DNA of 64,000 nt from an uncultured Acidobacteriota bacterium (GTDB taxonomy: Bacteria; Acidobacteriota; Vicinamibacteria; Vicinamibacterales; CAVVIG01). The notes under the pieces were generated by a model, which searched no databases, was not told the DNA's origin, and saw nothing but the letters and a program-made list of their open reading frames with translations. Shown here one piece after another: positions 62,949 to 64,000 of the stretch (position 1 is its first letter; each line of letters starts with the position of its first letter). Both the position numbers and the translations under genes were made by a program. The stretch is from assembly GCA_963837345.1 (NCBI GenBank), contig CAWIMX010000001.1:1539823-1603822 (forward strand), written 5' to 3'.

Positions 62949-64000
62949 ATGAACTCGATCGTCGTTCACTACAAGGAGCTCGCGCTCAAGGGCCGCAACC
63001 GGCCGTGGTTCATCGGGCAGCTCGTGCGTCACCTGCGCCGGGCACTCGAGGGGCTCCCGGTTCGCGCCGTGCGGCCCGTGATGGGACGGCTCGAGATCTC
63101 GCTCGACGATGAGGCGGCCTGGCCGGCGGCAGCCGAGCGGATTGGACGCGTCTTCGGCATCGCGAACTACTCGTTCGCCGGGTGGACGACGCACGACATG
63201 GAGACGATCGCGACGGCGATCCTCGCCGATCTGCGGGGACGCGAAGCGGCCTCCTTCCGCGTGAGCGTGCGCCGCGCCGACAAGCGTATCGCCCTGACCT
63301 CGCCGGAGCTCGAGCGCGAGATCGGCGGCCGCATCAAGCTCGCGCGCGGCTGGCGCGTGGACCTGAGCCATCCCTCGCTCACGATCCACGTGGAGATGCT
63401 GCCCGATGGAGCGTTCTACTTCTTCGGCAAGGAGCCCGGCGCCGGCGGGATGCCGACGGGCACCGGCGGCCGCGTGGCCTGTCTGCTCTCGGGCGGGATC
63501 GACTCGCCGGTGGCCGCCTATCGGATGATGCGGCGCGGGTGCCGCGTCGACTTGATCCATTTTCACAGCTATCCGATCCTGTCGCACGCATCGCAGGACA
63601 AGGTGCGGGAGATCGCGACGTTGCTCACCCGCTATCAGCTGCGATCGCGTCTGGCGCTCGTGCCGTTCGGCGATCTGCAGCAGCAGGTCGTGCTCAGCGT
63701 GCCTGCGGAGCTGCGGGTCGTCATCTACCGCCGGCTCATGCTGCGGATCGCGGGCGAGCTGGCCCGCGGCGCCGACGCCCGCGCGCTGGTCACCGGCGAA
63801 GCCATCGGGCAGGTGGCCTCGCAGACCCTCGAGAACCTGACGCTCATCGCCGAGGCCGCGCCGGTCGAGGTCCTGAGGCCGCTCATCGGCATGGACAAGG
63901 ACGAGATCGCCGGAGAGGCGCAGCGGATCGGGACGTATCCGATCTCGATCATTCCCGACCAGGATTGCTGTCAGCTGTTCACGCCGCGCCATCCGGCCAC
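62949..64000 (+). CDS. thiI: tRNA 4-thiouridine(8) synthase ThiI (3' end beyond window)
   Basis: Open-ended, so not in the track. Hand translation gives MNSIVVHYKELALKGRNRPWF..., a THUMP region, and the PP-loop ACLLSGGIDSPVAAY...LVTGEAIGQVASQTL. Confidence 0.9.
   Translation, partial: MNSIVVHYKELALKGRNRPWFIGQLVRHLRRALEGLPVRAVRPVMGRLEISLDDEAAWPAAAERIGRVFGIANYSFAGWTTHDMETIATAILADLRGREAASFRVSVRRADKRIALTSPELEREIGGRIKLARGWRVDLSHPSLTIHVEMLPDGAFYFFGKEPGAGGMPTGTGGRVACLLSGGIDSPVAAYRMMRRGCRVDLIHFHSYPILSHASQDKVREIATLLTRYQLRSRLALVPFGDLQQQVVLSVPAELRVVIYRRLMLRIAGELARGADARALVTGEAIGQVASQTLENLTLIAEAAPVEVLRPLIGMDKDEIAGEAQRIGTYPISIIPDQDCCQLFTPRHPA

Noticed and set aside
1-64000. tRNA, rRNA, transposase, integrase or prophage genes marking a mobile island
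   Set aside because: None was recognised by eye in any intergenic region or ORF translation. The absence should be confirmed with tRNAscan-SE, Infernal and ISfinder.

Overview
High-GC (about 70% by eye) bacterial chromosomal segment. Gene content and the dispersed CCACGGAGGCACAGAGACAC repeat family suggest an Acidobacteriota-like soil bacterium, which is inference only. I call about 65 protein genes. I recognised no rRNA, tRNA, CRISPR-cas, transposase or integrase. Housekeeping blocks: thiO and pterin dehydratase; P5C dehydrogenase; rhodanese, TauE and DUF1634; queF and HU; lpdA, E2 and lipB; mutY, mutT and a PduO-type adenosyltransferase; hpnCDE; thiI. Accessory regions of interest: (1) a sigma-54-dependent response regulator, radical SAM/SPASM enzyme, unannotated 32-aa peptide ORF, orphan family-5 binding lipoprotein and sensor kinase, 38.1-44.7 kb; (2) a translationally coupled SNF2 helicase and 1104-aa N6-adenine methyltransferase, followed by a 1.4-kb array of about 34 copies of a 40-bp repeat and a GxxExxY (PD-(D/E)XK) gene bracketed by inverted repeat arrays, 12.6-20.4 kb; (3) a complete Flp/Tad pilus operon with a predicted sigma-54 promoter and three extra co-transcribed genes, 25.6-36.2 kb; (4) a lone BMC-H shell gene in a DUF1800/DUF1501/D-TA operon; (5) a 90-bp tandem repeat. 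Caveat: at least 15 genes or gene segments are broken by apparent single-base insertions (all +1), and 6 of these sit at GATTC/GAATC where GATC would restore the frame. This looks like an assembly or sequencing artefact, so pseudogene calls are provisional. Many long track ORFs are GC-driven shadow ORFs antisense to real genes.
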